This document shows, one piece after another, positions 39,676-49,278 of a stretch of 64,000 nt of DNA; positions within the stretch are counted from its first letter, which is position 1; the number at the start of each line of letters is the position of its first letter. The stretch is from Polyangiales bacterium (GTDB lineage Bacteria; Myxococcota_A; Polyangia; Polyangiales; Polyangiaceae). The position numbers were made by a program, and so were the translations under genes. The notes under the pieces were generated by a model that was given only the letters and a program-made list of their open reading frames with translations, was not told where the DNA came from and made no database searches. The DNA is taken from positions 88,803 to 152,802 of the forward strand of contig JBBRLQ010000019.1 of assembly GCA_038231275.1 (NCBI GenBank), written 5' to 3'.

Positions 39676-40083
39676 ATGGCCAAACGCAGCGCGAGTCGAG
39701 TCTTCTTCCCTTGGGAGCGCAAGCGCGGGCTCTTCGGCTTCCTCGGCCGGGCGCGCGCGCGGATCGTGCTCGGCGTCGTCGTCGTCCTCCTCTTGATCTT
39801 CGTGGTGCGTCGCCGCGAGGAGACCGCGGCCGCCACGCGCGCGACGCGGGCCTCGGTGTCGACCGCCGGTCGCGCTCTCGCGTCGTACCGCGCCGACCAC
39901 GGTGGGGCGTGCCCGCGCGAGCTCGGGGAGCTGGTCGCCGGCGGCTACGCGTACGATCTCCCGGTCGACGCGTGGGGCCGCCCGCTCCGCTTCGCCTGTC
40001 CGGGCCGCAAGGACACGAAGGGCATCGACGTCTGGAGCGACGGCCCCGACGGCCTCCCCGGAGGCCTCGATCGCGTCGAATGA
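39676..40083 (+). CDS. atypical GspG-like pseudopilin lacking the prepilin cleavage motif
   Basis: C-terminal VDAWGRP and SDGPDG motifs of the GspG domain; TM present but no G/FTLxE. Confidence 0.7.
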   Translation: MAKRSASRVFFPWERKRGLFGFLGRARARIVLGVVVVLLLIFVVRRREETAAATRATRASVSTAGRALASYRADHGGACPRELGELVAGGYAYDLPVDAWGRPLRFACPGRKDTKGIDVWSDGPDGLPGGLDRVE

Positions 40084-40124
40084 GGAACTAAGTGGAAACG
40101 TTGTTCGGTTTAAGGAGAGAGCTC

Positions 40125-40544
40125 ATGATTCGCAGGATCTGCCGCACCTTCAGGAAAGCCCGCCGTGTTGCCGCACGAGGCGTGACACTCATCGAGGTCA
40201 TGATCGTCGTCGTGATCCTCGGCCTCATCGCCGGCGGCGTCGCGATCGCGGTCCTCCCGAAGCTGAAGAAGGCGCAGGTCGACACGACCACCACGAGCGC
40301 GCGCGAGCTCCGTCGCGCGGCGGAGACGTGGCGCGCCGCGCACGCGAGCGATCAGTGCCCGACCGCGCAGATGCTCCTGCAAGACAAGACGATCGACAGC
40401 GCGTCCAAGATCACCGACGCGTGGGAGAACCCGTTCAAGATCGCCTGCGAAGAGGACGAGACCATCGTCTCCAGCGCCGGCCCCGACAAGAAGGATGGCA
40501 CCGCCGACGACATCCGAGTCCCGGAGGCCGCGAAGCCGCAATGA
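40125..40544 (+). CDS. gspG: type II secretion major pseudopilin G
   Basis: G/VTLIEVMIV, DAWENP, SAGPDKKDGTADDI; AAGGAG RBS before ATG 40125. Confidence 0.85.
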   Translation: MIRRICRTFRKARRVAARGVTLIEVMIVVVILGLIAGGVAIAVLPKLKKAQVDTTTTSARELRRAAETWRAAHASDQCPTAQMLLQDKTIDSASKITDAWENPFKIACEEDETIVSSAGPDKKDGTADDIRVPEAAKPQ

Positions 40545-41311
40545 CCTCCGGGATCTCGATAGCGCGCCTCGCCTCTGCCCGCGCGCGATCGCGCGCGGGC
40601 GCGCGGGGCATGACGCTCATCGAGATCCTGATCGTGATGGTCCTCATCTCGCTGCTTCTCGGCGGGATCATCTTCGGCAGCGGGCAGACCAACTCCGCCC
40701 AGCTGAAGCGCGTCTCGACCAGCGTGACCGGCGCCATCCGCGTGGCCTTCACGCGCGCAACCGCGACGAGCAAGAGCGGCCGCATCGTGTTCGACATCGA
40801 CCAGCAGACGATGTGGCTCGAAGAGGGCGACGTGCCCATGCTCCTGCAGACGAAGGATCTGACGGGCACCGGCGGCGCCGATCCGGTCACCGAAGCCGAG
40901 CGCCGCGCGGTCGCCGAGGGTGAAGCGCTCGTGAAGGGCCCCAAGGCGCCGCGCGCGCACTTCAAAGAGGTGAAGGCGTTCGGCGCGCAGGGCAACGAGG
41001 GCGGCAAGGGTCCGCGCAAGCTCGGCGGGTCGATCGCGTTCCGCGAGATCCAGACCACGCACGACGACGAGCCGCGCACCAAGGGTCGCGCGTACCTGTA
41101 CTTTTGGCCGGGCGGTCGCACAGAGCTCGCGAGCATCCAGCTCGCCGTGAAGCGAGGAAAGGACGATGGCTTCGCCGACTCCGACACGATGACGCTCCTC
41201 GTTTCGCCGCTCACCGGCAAGGTCACCATCAAGAACGGCCCGGTCCCGGTGACGCGTCCGCGCGACGACAAGGAAGCCAGTGAGCGCGAAGACACGGGGG
41301 GTGTGTTTTGA
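40541..41311 (+). CDS. gspH: minor pseudopilin H
   Basis: G/MTLIEILIV; gene order. Confidence 0.78.
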   Translation: MTSGISIARLASARARSRAGARGMTLIEILIVMVLISLLLGGIIFGSGQTNSAQLKRVSTSVTGAIRVAFTRATATSKSGRIVFDIDQQTMWLEEGDVPMLLQTKDLTGTGGADPVTEAERRAVAEGEALVKGPKAPRAHFKEVKAFGAQGNEGGKGPRKLGGSIAFREIQTTHDDEPRTKGRAYLYFWPGGRTELASIQLAVKRGKDDGFADSDTMTLLVSPLTGKVTIKNGPVPVTRPRDDKEASEREDTGGVF

Positions 41312-42132
41312 TGCCTCTCCCGTCACCGAAGGCTGAAAGGACGTCTCGATCCGGCGCGCGGGGCTTCTCGCTGCTCGAGGTCATGGTCGCCGTTTCCATC
41401 CTCGGCCTCGCGCTCACCGTCATCCTCTCGGCGCAAGGCGGCCTCGCGGCGAGCAACAAGATGGCCGCGAATATGGGCATGTCGACCACGCTCTCGCGCT
41501 GCAAGATGACCGAGCTCGAAGAGAAGCTCGTCAAGTTCGGTTACCCCGAGATCGATCAGATCGACGCGCAGACAATCTGCTGCGAGGGCGTCGAGACGCC
41601 GAACTTCACGTGCGACACGCGCGTCGAGAAGGTGCAGCTGCCCAACCCGCCGGAAAACTCGCTGGGGGACGGCGGCTTCCTCGCGTCGCCTACCGGCTCG
41701 AGTCTCGCCGGGCTCGCGGGCCTCCCGGGCGCGAACCCCGCCGGCTCGTCGGCGGCGCTGAACCTCGACCTGGACGCCGGTCTCGCGAACATCGGCTCGC
41801 AGCTCCAAGGGCAGATGGCCGGCGTCGGCGGACAGAACGGCCTCCTCAACATGGTGATGGGGATCGTCTACCCCTCGCTGAAACCGATGATGGAGAACTC
41901 GATCCGCCGCCTCACCGTCACGGTCAAGTGGAAGGAGGGCTCGAGCCCCAAAGAGTTCGCGATCGTCCAGTACGTGACGAACCCGCAGCGCAGCGGATTT
42001 TTGGCAGGCGTGCCCGGGTCGGACGGCGGCGCCGCGCCCTTCGGCGGCGCAGGCGGAGCGCCAGGCATAGGCGGCGGCGGCGGTGGTGGCATCTCGCCGA
42101 CCGGTCCGGTCGCCCCGCAGAGGAACTTCTGA
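41308..42132 (+). CDS. gspI: minor pseudopilin I
   Basis: G/FSLLEVMVA; IRRLTVTVKW; gene order. Confidence 0.78.
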   Translation: MMPLPSPKAERTSRSGARGFSLLEVMVAVSILGLALTVILSAQGGLAASNKMAANMGMSTTLSRCKMTELEEKLVKFGYPEIDQIDAQTICCEGVETPNFTCDTRVEKVQLPNPPENSLGDGGFLASPTGSSLAGLAGLPGANPAGSSAALNLDLDAGLANIGSQLQGQMAGVGGQNGLLNMVMGIVYPSLKPMMENSIRRLTVTVKWKEGSSPKEFAIVQYVTNPQRSGFLAGVPGSDGGAAPFGGAGGAPGIGGGGGGGISPTGPVAPQRNF

Positions 42133-42824
42133 TGAGGCGAAGGACCCACCTCCGCGGCATGACGCTCCTCGAGATCCTCGTCTCGATCGCGATCCTGTCC
42201 ATGATCTCGCTCCTCATCTACGGCGCGTTCGATTCGATGAGCCGCGGCAAGAAGGGCGAAGAGCAGCGGAGCGAGCGCGCGCGGCAGGGTCGCGACGCGG
42301 TGCAGCGCATGACGCGGGACATCTCCAGCGCGTTCCTCTCGATGCACAACCCGCAGAACATCGCGCTCGCGACGCGGACGACTGCCTTCATCGGCACCAA
42401 CGGTGCACCCTACGATCGCCTTGATTTCTCGGCCTTCGCGCACAAGCGTGTCGAGAAGGAGGCCAAAGAGAGCGACCAGTGCGAAGTCGGCTTCTCGGTC
42501 GCAAGAGACCCCGACAACTCCGACAAGATGGATCTCGTGCGCCGCGAGCAGCTCCCGATCGACACCGATCCGAAGCGCGGCGGCGTCGTGAACGTGCTCG
42601 CCGAGGACATCGAGCTCTTCGACATCAAGTACCTCGACCCGCTCACCGGCCAATGGAAGGAGACGTGGGACACGACGCAGGCCCTCGGCGAGGCGAACCG
42701 CCTGCCGCTCGAGATCAAGCTCACGCTCACGCTGAGGAACGTCCCTGTCGGAACGCCGTCGACGTTCACGACCAAGTTCATCCTCCCGATGCAGCAACCC
42801 CTCTCCTTCGGGATCGCGCGATGA
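42132..42824 (+). CDS. gspJ: minor pseudopilin J
   Basis: G/MTLLEILVS; WKETWD..RLPLEIKL; gene order. Confidence 0.8.
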   Translation: MRRRTHLRGMTLLEILVSIAILSMISLLIYGAFDSMSRGKKGEEQRSERARQGRDAVQRMTRDISSAFLSMHNPQNIALATRTTAFIGTNGAPYDRLDFSAFAHKRVEKEAKESDQCEVGFSVARDPDNSDKMDLVRREQLPIDTDPKRGGVVNVLAEDIELFDIKYLDPLTGQWKETWDTTQALGEANRLPLEIKLTLTLRNVPVGTPSTFTTKFILPMQQPLSFGIAR

Positions 42825-44233
42825 TCCACCCCGAAGCACTCCAGAGGCGACGCCGCACGCGCAAGAAGGGCGAGCGTGGCATCGCGCTCATCATGGTGCT
42901 CGGCGCCATCGCAGTCTTGACCGTGATGCTGGCGGAGATGCAAGACTCGTCGGGCGCCGAGCTCGCGAGCGCGATGGCCGATCGCGACACGACGCAGGCC
43001 GAGTACATGGCGAGGAGCGCCACCAACCTCGCGCGCCTCCTCATCGCGACCGAGCCGACGATCCGCCAGGCGATCGCGCCGCTCTTCATGCTGATGAAGC
43101 GCACACCGCCGCAGTTGCCGGTGTGGGAGTTCTCCGATCGTCTCCTCGGCGCGTTCAATGACGCGGAGGCGGCCAAAGATTTCTCCGGCACTGTGGGGCT
43201 CGACACCTCGCTCGGGAAGAACCTGGGAATGCCGGGTGGTCGCTGGGAGCTCGTGATCGTGGACGAGGACTCGATGATCAACGCCAACCTCGGCGCGTCG
43301 AACGACATCGCCCACATTCGCCTCGCCAAGGAGCTCATCGGCCTGATGGCGTCGCCGCAGTACAGCCCGCTCTTCGAGCAGCGCGACGCGACGGGCACCT
43401 ACCACGATCGCATGGAGATTTGCTCCGCCCTCATCGATTGGGCGGACGTGGACGAGCAGAAATTCTCGTGCGACGTGAGCCAGGCGGCGCCGGCCGCCAA
43501 CTCGGTCGAGGACGCGTACTACCAGCTCCTCTCCAAGCCCTACCGCCGCAAGAACGCGCCGTACGACTCGCTCGACGAGCTCCACATGGTGCGCGGGGTG
43601 GGGGATGACTTCTGGGCCACTTTCATCGATCCCGATCCCACGAACCCGAAGAAGCGCGTCGTGACGGTGTGGGGACAGGGCGCCATCAACGTGAACACTG
43701 CCGCGGCGCAGACGCTCCTCGCGGTGACGTGCGCCGGCGCGCCGACCGCGGAGCTCTGCACCGACGTCAACCAGATGCAGCTCTTCTTGACCGCGATGAT
43801 CATGGCGCGCGGCATCTCGATGGGCGCGCCGATGTTCGGCTCTCCCGCCGACTTCATCTCGATGATGAAGGGAAGCGGCATGATCGGCCCGATGCTGACG
43901 GCGATGGGCGTGAAGCCGGTGAAGTTCCTCTCCGAGAGCGAGTTCGCGAAGAGCATCACCGCCGAGAGCAAGATGTTCTCGATTTACGCGGTCGGCGTCG
44001 TGAAGGGCTACAAGCGCGAGACGCGCCTCTCGATCCACTCCGTCGTCGATTTCCGCACGGCGCCGAGCTTGACGGGACCGTCCCCGCTCGGCTCCGCCGC
44101 GCTGCCGGGACAACCTCCGCCGCCCGTGCCGACCGCGAGCGCTCCGCTTCCCGCCGGCGCGACGCCCGACGGCTTCGCCGCTGCGCTTCAGCCCAACCCC
44201 GGCGGCACCATCGTCTACTACAAGATCGAATAG
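42821..44233 (+). CDS. gspK: minor pseudopilin K
   Basis: G/IALIMVL, ALIDWAD, YRRKNAPYDSLDELHMVRGV, INVNTA. Confidence 0.88.
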   Translation: MIHPEALQRRRRTRKKGERGIALIMVLGAIAVLTVMLAEMQDSSGAELASAMADRDTTQAEYMARSATNLARLLIATEPTIRQAIAPLFMLMKRTPPQLPVWEFSDRLLGAFNDAEAAKDFSGTVGLDTSLGKNLGMPGGRWELVIVDEDSMINANLGASNDIAHIRLAKELIGLMASPQYSPLFEQRDATGTYHDRMEICSALIDWADVDEQKFSCDVSQAAPAANSVEDAYYQLLSKPYRRKNAPYDSLDELHMVRGVGDDFWATFIDPDPTNPKKRVVTVWGQGAINVNTAAAQTLLAVTCAGAPTAELCTDVNQMQLFLTAMIMARGISMGAPMFGSPADFISMMKGSGMIGPMLTAMGVKPVKFLSESEFAKSITAESKMFSIYAVGVVKGYKRETRLSIHSVVDFRTAPSLTGPSPLGSAALPGQPPPPVPTASAPLPAGATPDGFAAALQPNPGGTIVYYKIE

Positions 44234-44242
44234 GAACAGCGC

Positions 44243-45778
44243 ATGGCAACCCTCGTCGGCATCGACATCGGAACTACGGCGGTCAAGGTCGCCGTCCTTC
44301 GCACGGCGTACCGCAAGGTGCAGCTCGTCGCGCTCGGGAGCTGCGAGATCGCGCTTGCGGGCGGTGCACCCGAGGCGATCCGTGCGGCGATGACGTCTGC
44401 ACTTGGCGAGAAGGTCACCGCCGACGCGATCGCCACTTCCGTCGAGGGAGCACGCGGCGCGTTCCGTCACCTGACCTTGCCGATGAGCGCGCAGAAGCAA
44501 ATCGCCGAGGTCCTCCCGTTCGAGCTCGAGACGCTCCTCCCCTTCGACATCGTCGACGCGGTCTGGGACTACCGCACGATGACGCGCACCGAGGAGACGC
44601 CCGAGGGGCAAATTCCGCTGTTCGCCGCGGTGTGCCGCACGGATGACGTGCGCGCGCGGATCGATCTCGTGAAGAGCGCGGTCGGCACCGAGCCCGAGCG
44701 CGTCGGCATCGGGAGCTTCCCGATCGCGAACTTGGTGCCGATGTCGCCGCAGCTCGCCGAGGCGGGGCCGGTGGTCCTCGTCGATCTCGGGACGCAATCG
44801 AGCGAGCTCCTCGTCTTGCGAAACGGCGAGCCGCTCTTCGCGCGCGCGATCTCGTTCGGCACGCAAGGCCTCCCCGGCACCGCGCCGCGCCTCGCGCGCG
44901 AGATCCGGACGACCATCGCGTCCTTCCGCTCGAACGGCGGTGCACCGCCCGTCAAGGTCGTACTCTGCGGCGGTGGCTCGTTCGTCTCGGGCGCGCAGGT
45001 GTTCCTCGGCGGCGAGCTGGGGCTGCCGGTGGAGGTGTTCGCGCCGCCGCAGCTCGACATGATCGCGCTCTCGCCGGACGCGCTCGGCGAGCTCCCGCGC
45101 TTCGCGAAGGCGGTGGGCCTCGCGGTCGGTCTCACGGGCCGTGCGCTCGGCTTCGATCTGCGCCGCGGCCCGCTCTCGTACGAGCGAGGCTTCGCGTGGG
45201 TGAAGGAGAAGATCCCCGTCCTCGCCGGCCTCGCGGCGGTCGTCGCCGTGAGCTTCCTCTTCACGGCGTGGGCCCAGCTCTACGCGCAGGGCAAAGAGAA
45301 GGAGACGCTCGAGAAGGCCGTCGCGGTCGTCACGCAGGACGTCCTCGGCGAAGGGACCACGAGCGCCGCGCGCGCGCAGGAGCTGCTCGGGCAGCAGACC
45401 GCGCTGAACGACGAGGATCCGCTCCCCCACGCCGACGCCTTCGACGTGATGGTGAAGCTCTCGGAGGACATCCCGCAGTCGATGATCCACGACATCGAGG
45501 AGCTCGACGTCCAGAAGGGGCACGCCGTAGTCCACGGCGTCGTCGGCACGATCCCCGACGCGCAGGCGATCGCGACGAGCCTCCGCGCCGAGCGGTGCTT
45601 CTCCGACGTGAAGATCTCGCGCACGAACCAAATGGTCGGCTCCGATCGGCAAAAGTACGTCCTCGAGTTCGACGTGAAGTGCCCCGAGGACGGCAAGGGC
45701 ATGGTCAAGAAGAAGGACGCCGCCGGCTCGGGCGGCGCAGGCGGCGCGAGCTCGGCGTCCGGCGCGGGAGGCAAGTGA
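44243..45778 (+). CDS. gspL: type II secretion protein L (PilM-like actin fold plus PilN-like domain)
   Basis: GIDIGT, VDLGT, LCGGGS, single TM; gene order. Confidence 0.82.
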   Translation: MATLVGIDIGTTAVKVAVLRTAYRKVQLVALGSCEIALAGGAPEAIRAAMTSALGEKVTADAIATSVEGARGAFRHLTLPMSAQKQIAEVLPFELETLLPFDIVDAVWDYRTMTRTEETPEGQIPLFAAVCRTDDVRARIDLVKSAVGTEPERVGIGSFPIANLVPMSPQLAEAGPVVLVDLGTQSSELLVLRNGEPLFARAISFGTQGLPGTAPRLAREIRTTIASFRSNGGAPPVKVVLCGGGSFVSGAQVFLGGELGLPVEVFAPPQLDMIALSPDALGELPRFAKAVGLAVGLTGRALGFDLRRGPLSYERGFAWVKEKIPVLAGLAAVVAVSFLFTAWAQLYAQGKEKETLEKAVAVVTQDVLGEGTTSAARAQELLGQQTALNDEDPLPHADAFDVMVKLSEDIPQSMIHDIEELDVQKGHAVVHGVVGTIPDAQAIATSLRAERCFSDVKISRTNQMVGSDRQKYVLEFDVKCPEDGKGMVKKKDAAGSGGAGGASSASGAGGK

Positions 45779-46398
45779 TGGCGAACGTGCTCGACAAGCT
45801 CAATCCCCGCGAGCGCCGGCTCGCGCTCATCCTCGGCGGCTTCGTCGCCTTTCTGGTGCTCGTCGCCATTCCCGCGGTGCTCGAGTCGCTCGTCATCGCG
45901 CGTCGCGGCGAGAACGAGGAGCTACGCACGGCGCTCGGCGCGGTTCAAGCCGCGCGCGCGCAGGTTCGCGAGCGCCAATCGAAGAAGGACAGCATCGCCC
46001 ACCGCTACGGCAAGAAGGCGCCGGCGCTCGCCGGCTACCTTGAGCAGACCGCGCGCTCGCAAAAGCTCGAGGTCACCGACTCCGCCGATCGCCCTGAGGT
46101 GCCGCACGGCAAGCGCTACACCGAGCGCGCCACGGTCATCCACCTCAAAAAGGCGGGGATGTACCCGATCGCGAAGTTCATCGAGGCGCTCGAGAAGAGC
46201 AACTACCCCGTCGCGGTGACGCGCCTCGCGATCCGCAAGCGCAGCGGCGAGCCCGACTCGTACGACGTCGAGATCGGCGTCTCCGCGTTCGACCGCACCG
46301 AGACGACCCCCGCGCCGCTGCCCGACGACGGCGCGAAGGACAAGGACGGCAAGGACAAAGAGAAGGACGCCAAGGACAAGAAGGGGGGCGGCGGATGA
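45778..46398 (+). CDS. gspM: type II secretion protein M
   Basis: LNPRERRL followed by TM and coiled coil; gene order. Confidence 0.78.
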   Translation: MANVLDKLNPRERRLALILGGFVAFLVLVAIPAVLESLVIARRGENEELRTALGAVQAARAQVRERQSKKDSIAHRYGKKAPALAGYLEQTARSQKLEVTDSADRPEVPHGKRYTERATVIHLKKAGMYPIAKFIEALEKSNYPVAVTRLAIRKRSGEPDSYDVEIGVSAFDRTETTPAPLPDDGAKDKDGKDKEKDAKDKKGGGG

Positions 46399-47414
46399 AA
46401 GAGCGCCTCAAAAAATGGGCGCCTCGCGTGGCGTTCCCGTTCTTCTACGTCCTCTGTTTTCTCGTCTTCGTCAGCTGGACGTTCCCTTACGAGAAGCTCA
46501 AAGAGCGCATCGTCGTCACGTTCAACGCGCAGCAACGCGCGACGAACGGCAGCCAGGAGCTCCAGATCGACGAGATGACCTCCTACTGGGTCACCGGCGT
46601 CGAGGCGAAGGGGATCCACATCCTCACGGCGCCCACCGAGCCGGGGAAGGGCCCCGGCGACTTGAAGATCGATCAGGCGCGCGCGCGCATCTCGATCTTC
46701 GGCCTCCTCGTCGGCAACAAGGACGTATCGTTCAAGCTCGACGCGTTCGGCGGCTCCGTAGACGGGTACTTCGACGACAAGGGGAAGGAGCGCGCGGTCG
46801 AGGTGAACCTCGAGGGCGTCGAGCTCGGACAGATCGATCCCGTGACCCAGCTCCTCGGCCTCCCGATCGAAGGGAAAATTACCGGGAAAATCAAGCTCAC
46901 GATGCCGGAGGGCAAAGCAGCCAAGGGCAACGGCGTCATCGAGCTCGAGGCGCAGGACGTGGCGGTCGGCGACGGCAAGACGAAGATCAAAGGGACGCTC
47001 GCGCTCCCGCGCCTCACCGTCGGCACGCTGTCGATCAGCGCGGAGGCGCGTGAGGGCGTGATCAAGGTCACCAAGCTCGCCGCGGGCGGAAAGGATCTCG
47101 AGCTCGCCGGCGACGGCCGCATCCAGATGCGCGAGCTCGCCACCGACAGCGGAATGGACGTGAACCTGCGCTTCAAGGTCAACGACGGCTACCGCACCAA
47201 GAACGACGTGACCAAGAGCCTCTTCGGCGCCCCCGGCTCCAACGCGCCGGCGCTCTTCGAGCTCGCCGATCCCAAGGTGAAGCAGAGCAAGCGCCCCGAC
47301 GGCTTCTACGGGTGGCACCTACGCGGCACGCTCGGGCGACCTGATTTCGTGCCGTCGCCGCTCGGCGGCGGAGCGACGGTCGGCGGGCAGCCGGTGAAGG
47401 GCTTGCCGCAGTGA
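46395..47414 (+). CDS. gspN: type II secretion protein N
   Basis: N-terminal TM then WTFPY, beta-rich body, LRGTLGRP end; gene order. Confidence 0.78.
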   Translation: MKERLKKWAPRVAFPFFYVLCFLVFVSWTFPYEKLKERIVVTFNAQQRATNGSQELQIDEMTSYWVTGVEAKGIHILTAPTEPGKGPGDLKIDQARARISIFGLLVGNKDVSFKLDAFGGSVDGYFDDKGKERAVEVNLEGVELGQIDPVTQLLGLPIEGKITGKIKLTMPEGKAAKGNGVIELEAQDVAVGDGKTKIKGTLALPRLTVGTLSISAEAREGVIKVTKLAAGGKDLELAGDGRIQMRELATDSGMDVNLRFKVNDGYRTKNDVTKSLFGAPGSNAPALFELADPKVKQSKRPDGFYGWHLRGTLGRPDFVPSPLGGGATVGGQPVKGLPQ

Positions 47415-48205
47415 CGACGAAGAAGCCCGCGCTCCTGGTCGGCGTCGTGCACCTGCCGCCGCTGCCGGGGAGCCCGCGCGGGACGCGTTCGGTAACGGAC
47501 ATCGCGGCGTCGTGCGCCGCCGACACGCGCGTGCTCCACGAGGCCGACTACGATCTCGTGATGATCGAGAACTTCGGCGACGCGCCGTTCTTTCCCGGCA
47601 AGGTCCCCGCGATCACCGTGAGCGCCATGACGGCGTGCGTCCTGGCGGCGAAGCAGGCGTGCCCGGGCCTGCCCCTCGGCGTCAACGTGCTCCGGAACGA
47701 TGCGGACGCCGCGCTGGCGATCGCCGCGGTGACGGAGGCTGCGGTGATCCGCGTCAACGTGCACACCGGCGCTCGCGTCACCGATCAAGGGATCGTGGAA
47801 GGAAGAGCAGCCGAGACGCTGCGTGCGCGTCGAGCGCTCGGGGCCAGCGTCTCGATCTGGGCCGACGTCGACGTGAAGCACTCCGCGCCGCTCGCGCCGC
47901 GCGCGCCCGCCGACGAAGCGAAAGATCTGGTCCTTCGCGGCCTCGTCGACGCGGTGCTCGTGACAGGGGAGGGGACCGGGCGACCCGTCGATGGCGCGAA
48001 GCTCGCGAGCGTGCGCGCGGCGACCGTCGGCGTCCCGCTTCTCGTCGCGAGCGGCGCGACGACCGAGTCGCTTGCGGCCCTCGCCGAGCACGCCGACGGC
48101 GTCATCGTCGGCAGCGCGCTGCGTGACGGCGGCGTCGCGGGAGGCCCGATTGATCCTGCGCGCGCCGCCGCCTTCGCGAAGGCTTTCCGCGCGGCATTTC
48201 GCTGA
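47411..48205 (+). CDS. BtpA/SgcQ family protein
   Basis: GVVHLPPLPGSP, IENFGDAPF, GVNVLRND, ADVDVKH, ADGVIVGS. Confidence 0.92.
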   Translation: MTTKKPALLVGVVHLPPLPGSPRGTRSVTDIAASCAADTRVLHEADYDLVMIENFGDAPFFPGKVPAITVSAMTACVLAAKQACPGLPLGVNVLRNDADAALAIAAVTEAAVIRVNVHTGARVTDQGIVEGRAAETLRARRALGASVSIWADVDVKHSAPLAPRAPADEAKDLVLRGLVDAVLVTGEGTGRPVDGAKLASVRAATVGVPLLVASGATTESLAALAEHADGVIVGSALRDGGVAGGPIDPARAAAFAKAFRAAFR

Positions 48206-48258
48206 GTGGAGCGAAACGCAGCCGAGCGAAGCGCCCCTGACGCGCCGCCGCGCGTGCC

Positions 48259-49278
48259 TCAGAAAAGTCCGCGGTACGCGGCGCCCATGGGCCCGACGAC
48301 AAGCCCGCTCGCGCTCGCGCTCGGTTCGTCGGATTTGCCGAGAAAATAGCCTACGACGGCGAGCGCGACGCCGCCACCCGCGAGGACGAACGACACGGTC
48401 GACACGTTGCCGAGTGTGCGCGCGCGATCGATGTCGTCGTACGTCGCGGGCGGGCACTGCTTGGCGTCGATGCATCCGCTCTTCGCGGAGCTGACCGCCG
48501 AAAGCGACATGACGCCGGTGACCGTGCCGACGAGCACGCCCGCGCCTGCCGTCGCGATGCCGGCCCAGAAGAGGATGTGCGGTGTTCCCGCGGGTGCGCC
48601 CGCCGCCGCGTCGCCTTTGTCGGCGGGCGGCGATGACGATGGCGACGACGCGGGCGCGAGCGGAGGCGGCGTCGCGAGCGCAGGCGACGTCCCCAACGTG
48701 AGATCGAGGAGAATCTCTTTCGTCTCGCGCTCGCGCATCGTGATCTGCTCGCGTCGCTCTCGCCCCGCCGCGCGTGCGACCACCGTGTGCGTTCCGGGGT
48801 TGACCCGCCGCGGCGTGATGAGCGTCGCCGCCGGGACCTCGGCGCCGTCCACGGTGACCGCTGCGGGCCCCTCGGCGCCACGCAGCACGATGCGGAGCTG
48901 GGGAATGCGCGCGCCGATCTCGTCGTCGAGGCGCTGCGCGTGCATGCGCGCCTCACCGAACGGCGCGGGCTCGCCGGCGCGTGTCGGGTACCGCGCCACC
49001 GCGCTCAAGAGCTCGCGCGCCTCGATGAGCATTCCCAGCGCGACGCGCTCGCGCGCCGTCTCGAGCCCGGTCGTCGGCACGTGCATGAGAGAGTCGGCCG
49101 CCTCGAACCGCTCGAGGGCGCCGCGGTGATCGCCCTTTTCGCGCCTGGCGAAGCCCTCGTCCATGAGCGAGCGCGCGGTCTCGCGATCGGATGCGGTCTG
49201 CGCGCTCGCCACGGGCGCAATCACGAGAACGAGCGACGCCGCGACGATCGCAAGCCGGCGCCCACGCCTAGAAGCCAT
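48259..49278 (-). CDS. exported TPR/PEGA-type protein with hydrophobic C-terminus
   Basis: Signal peptide, TPR-like helices, PEGA-like VTVDG..VNPGTHTVVA, C-terminal Gly-rich hydrophobic segments with Cys pair. Confidence 0.8.
   Translation of the reverse strand: MASRRGRRLAIVAASLVLVIAPVASAQTASDRETARSLMDEGFARREKGDHRGALERFEAADSLMHVPTTGLETARERVALGMLIEARELLSAVARYPTRAGEPAPFGEARMHAQRLDDEIGARIPQLRIVLRGAEGPAAVTVDGAEVPAATLITPRRVNPGTHTVVARAAGRERREQITMRERETKEILLDLTLGTSPALATPPPLAPASSPSSSPPADKGDAAAGAPAGTPHILFWAGIATAGAGVLVGTVTGVMSLSAVSSAKSGCIDAKQCPPATYDDIDRARTLGNVSTVSFVLAGGGVALAVVGYFLGKSDEPSASASGLVVGPMGAAYRGLF

Noticed and set aside
42410..45652. 1080-aa minus-strand ORF, and similar ones at 11386-14034, 51048-53969 and 54023-56158
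   Set aside because: Antisense to well-supported genes
44243..45778. Type IV pilus PilM/PilN assignment
   Set aside because: Position between gspK and gspM in a gspC-N cluster indicates GspL; no PilT or PilA here
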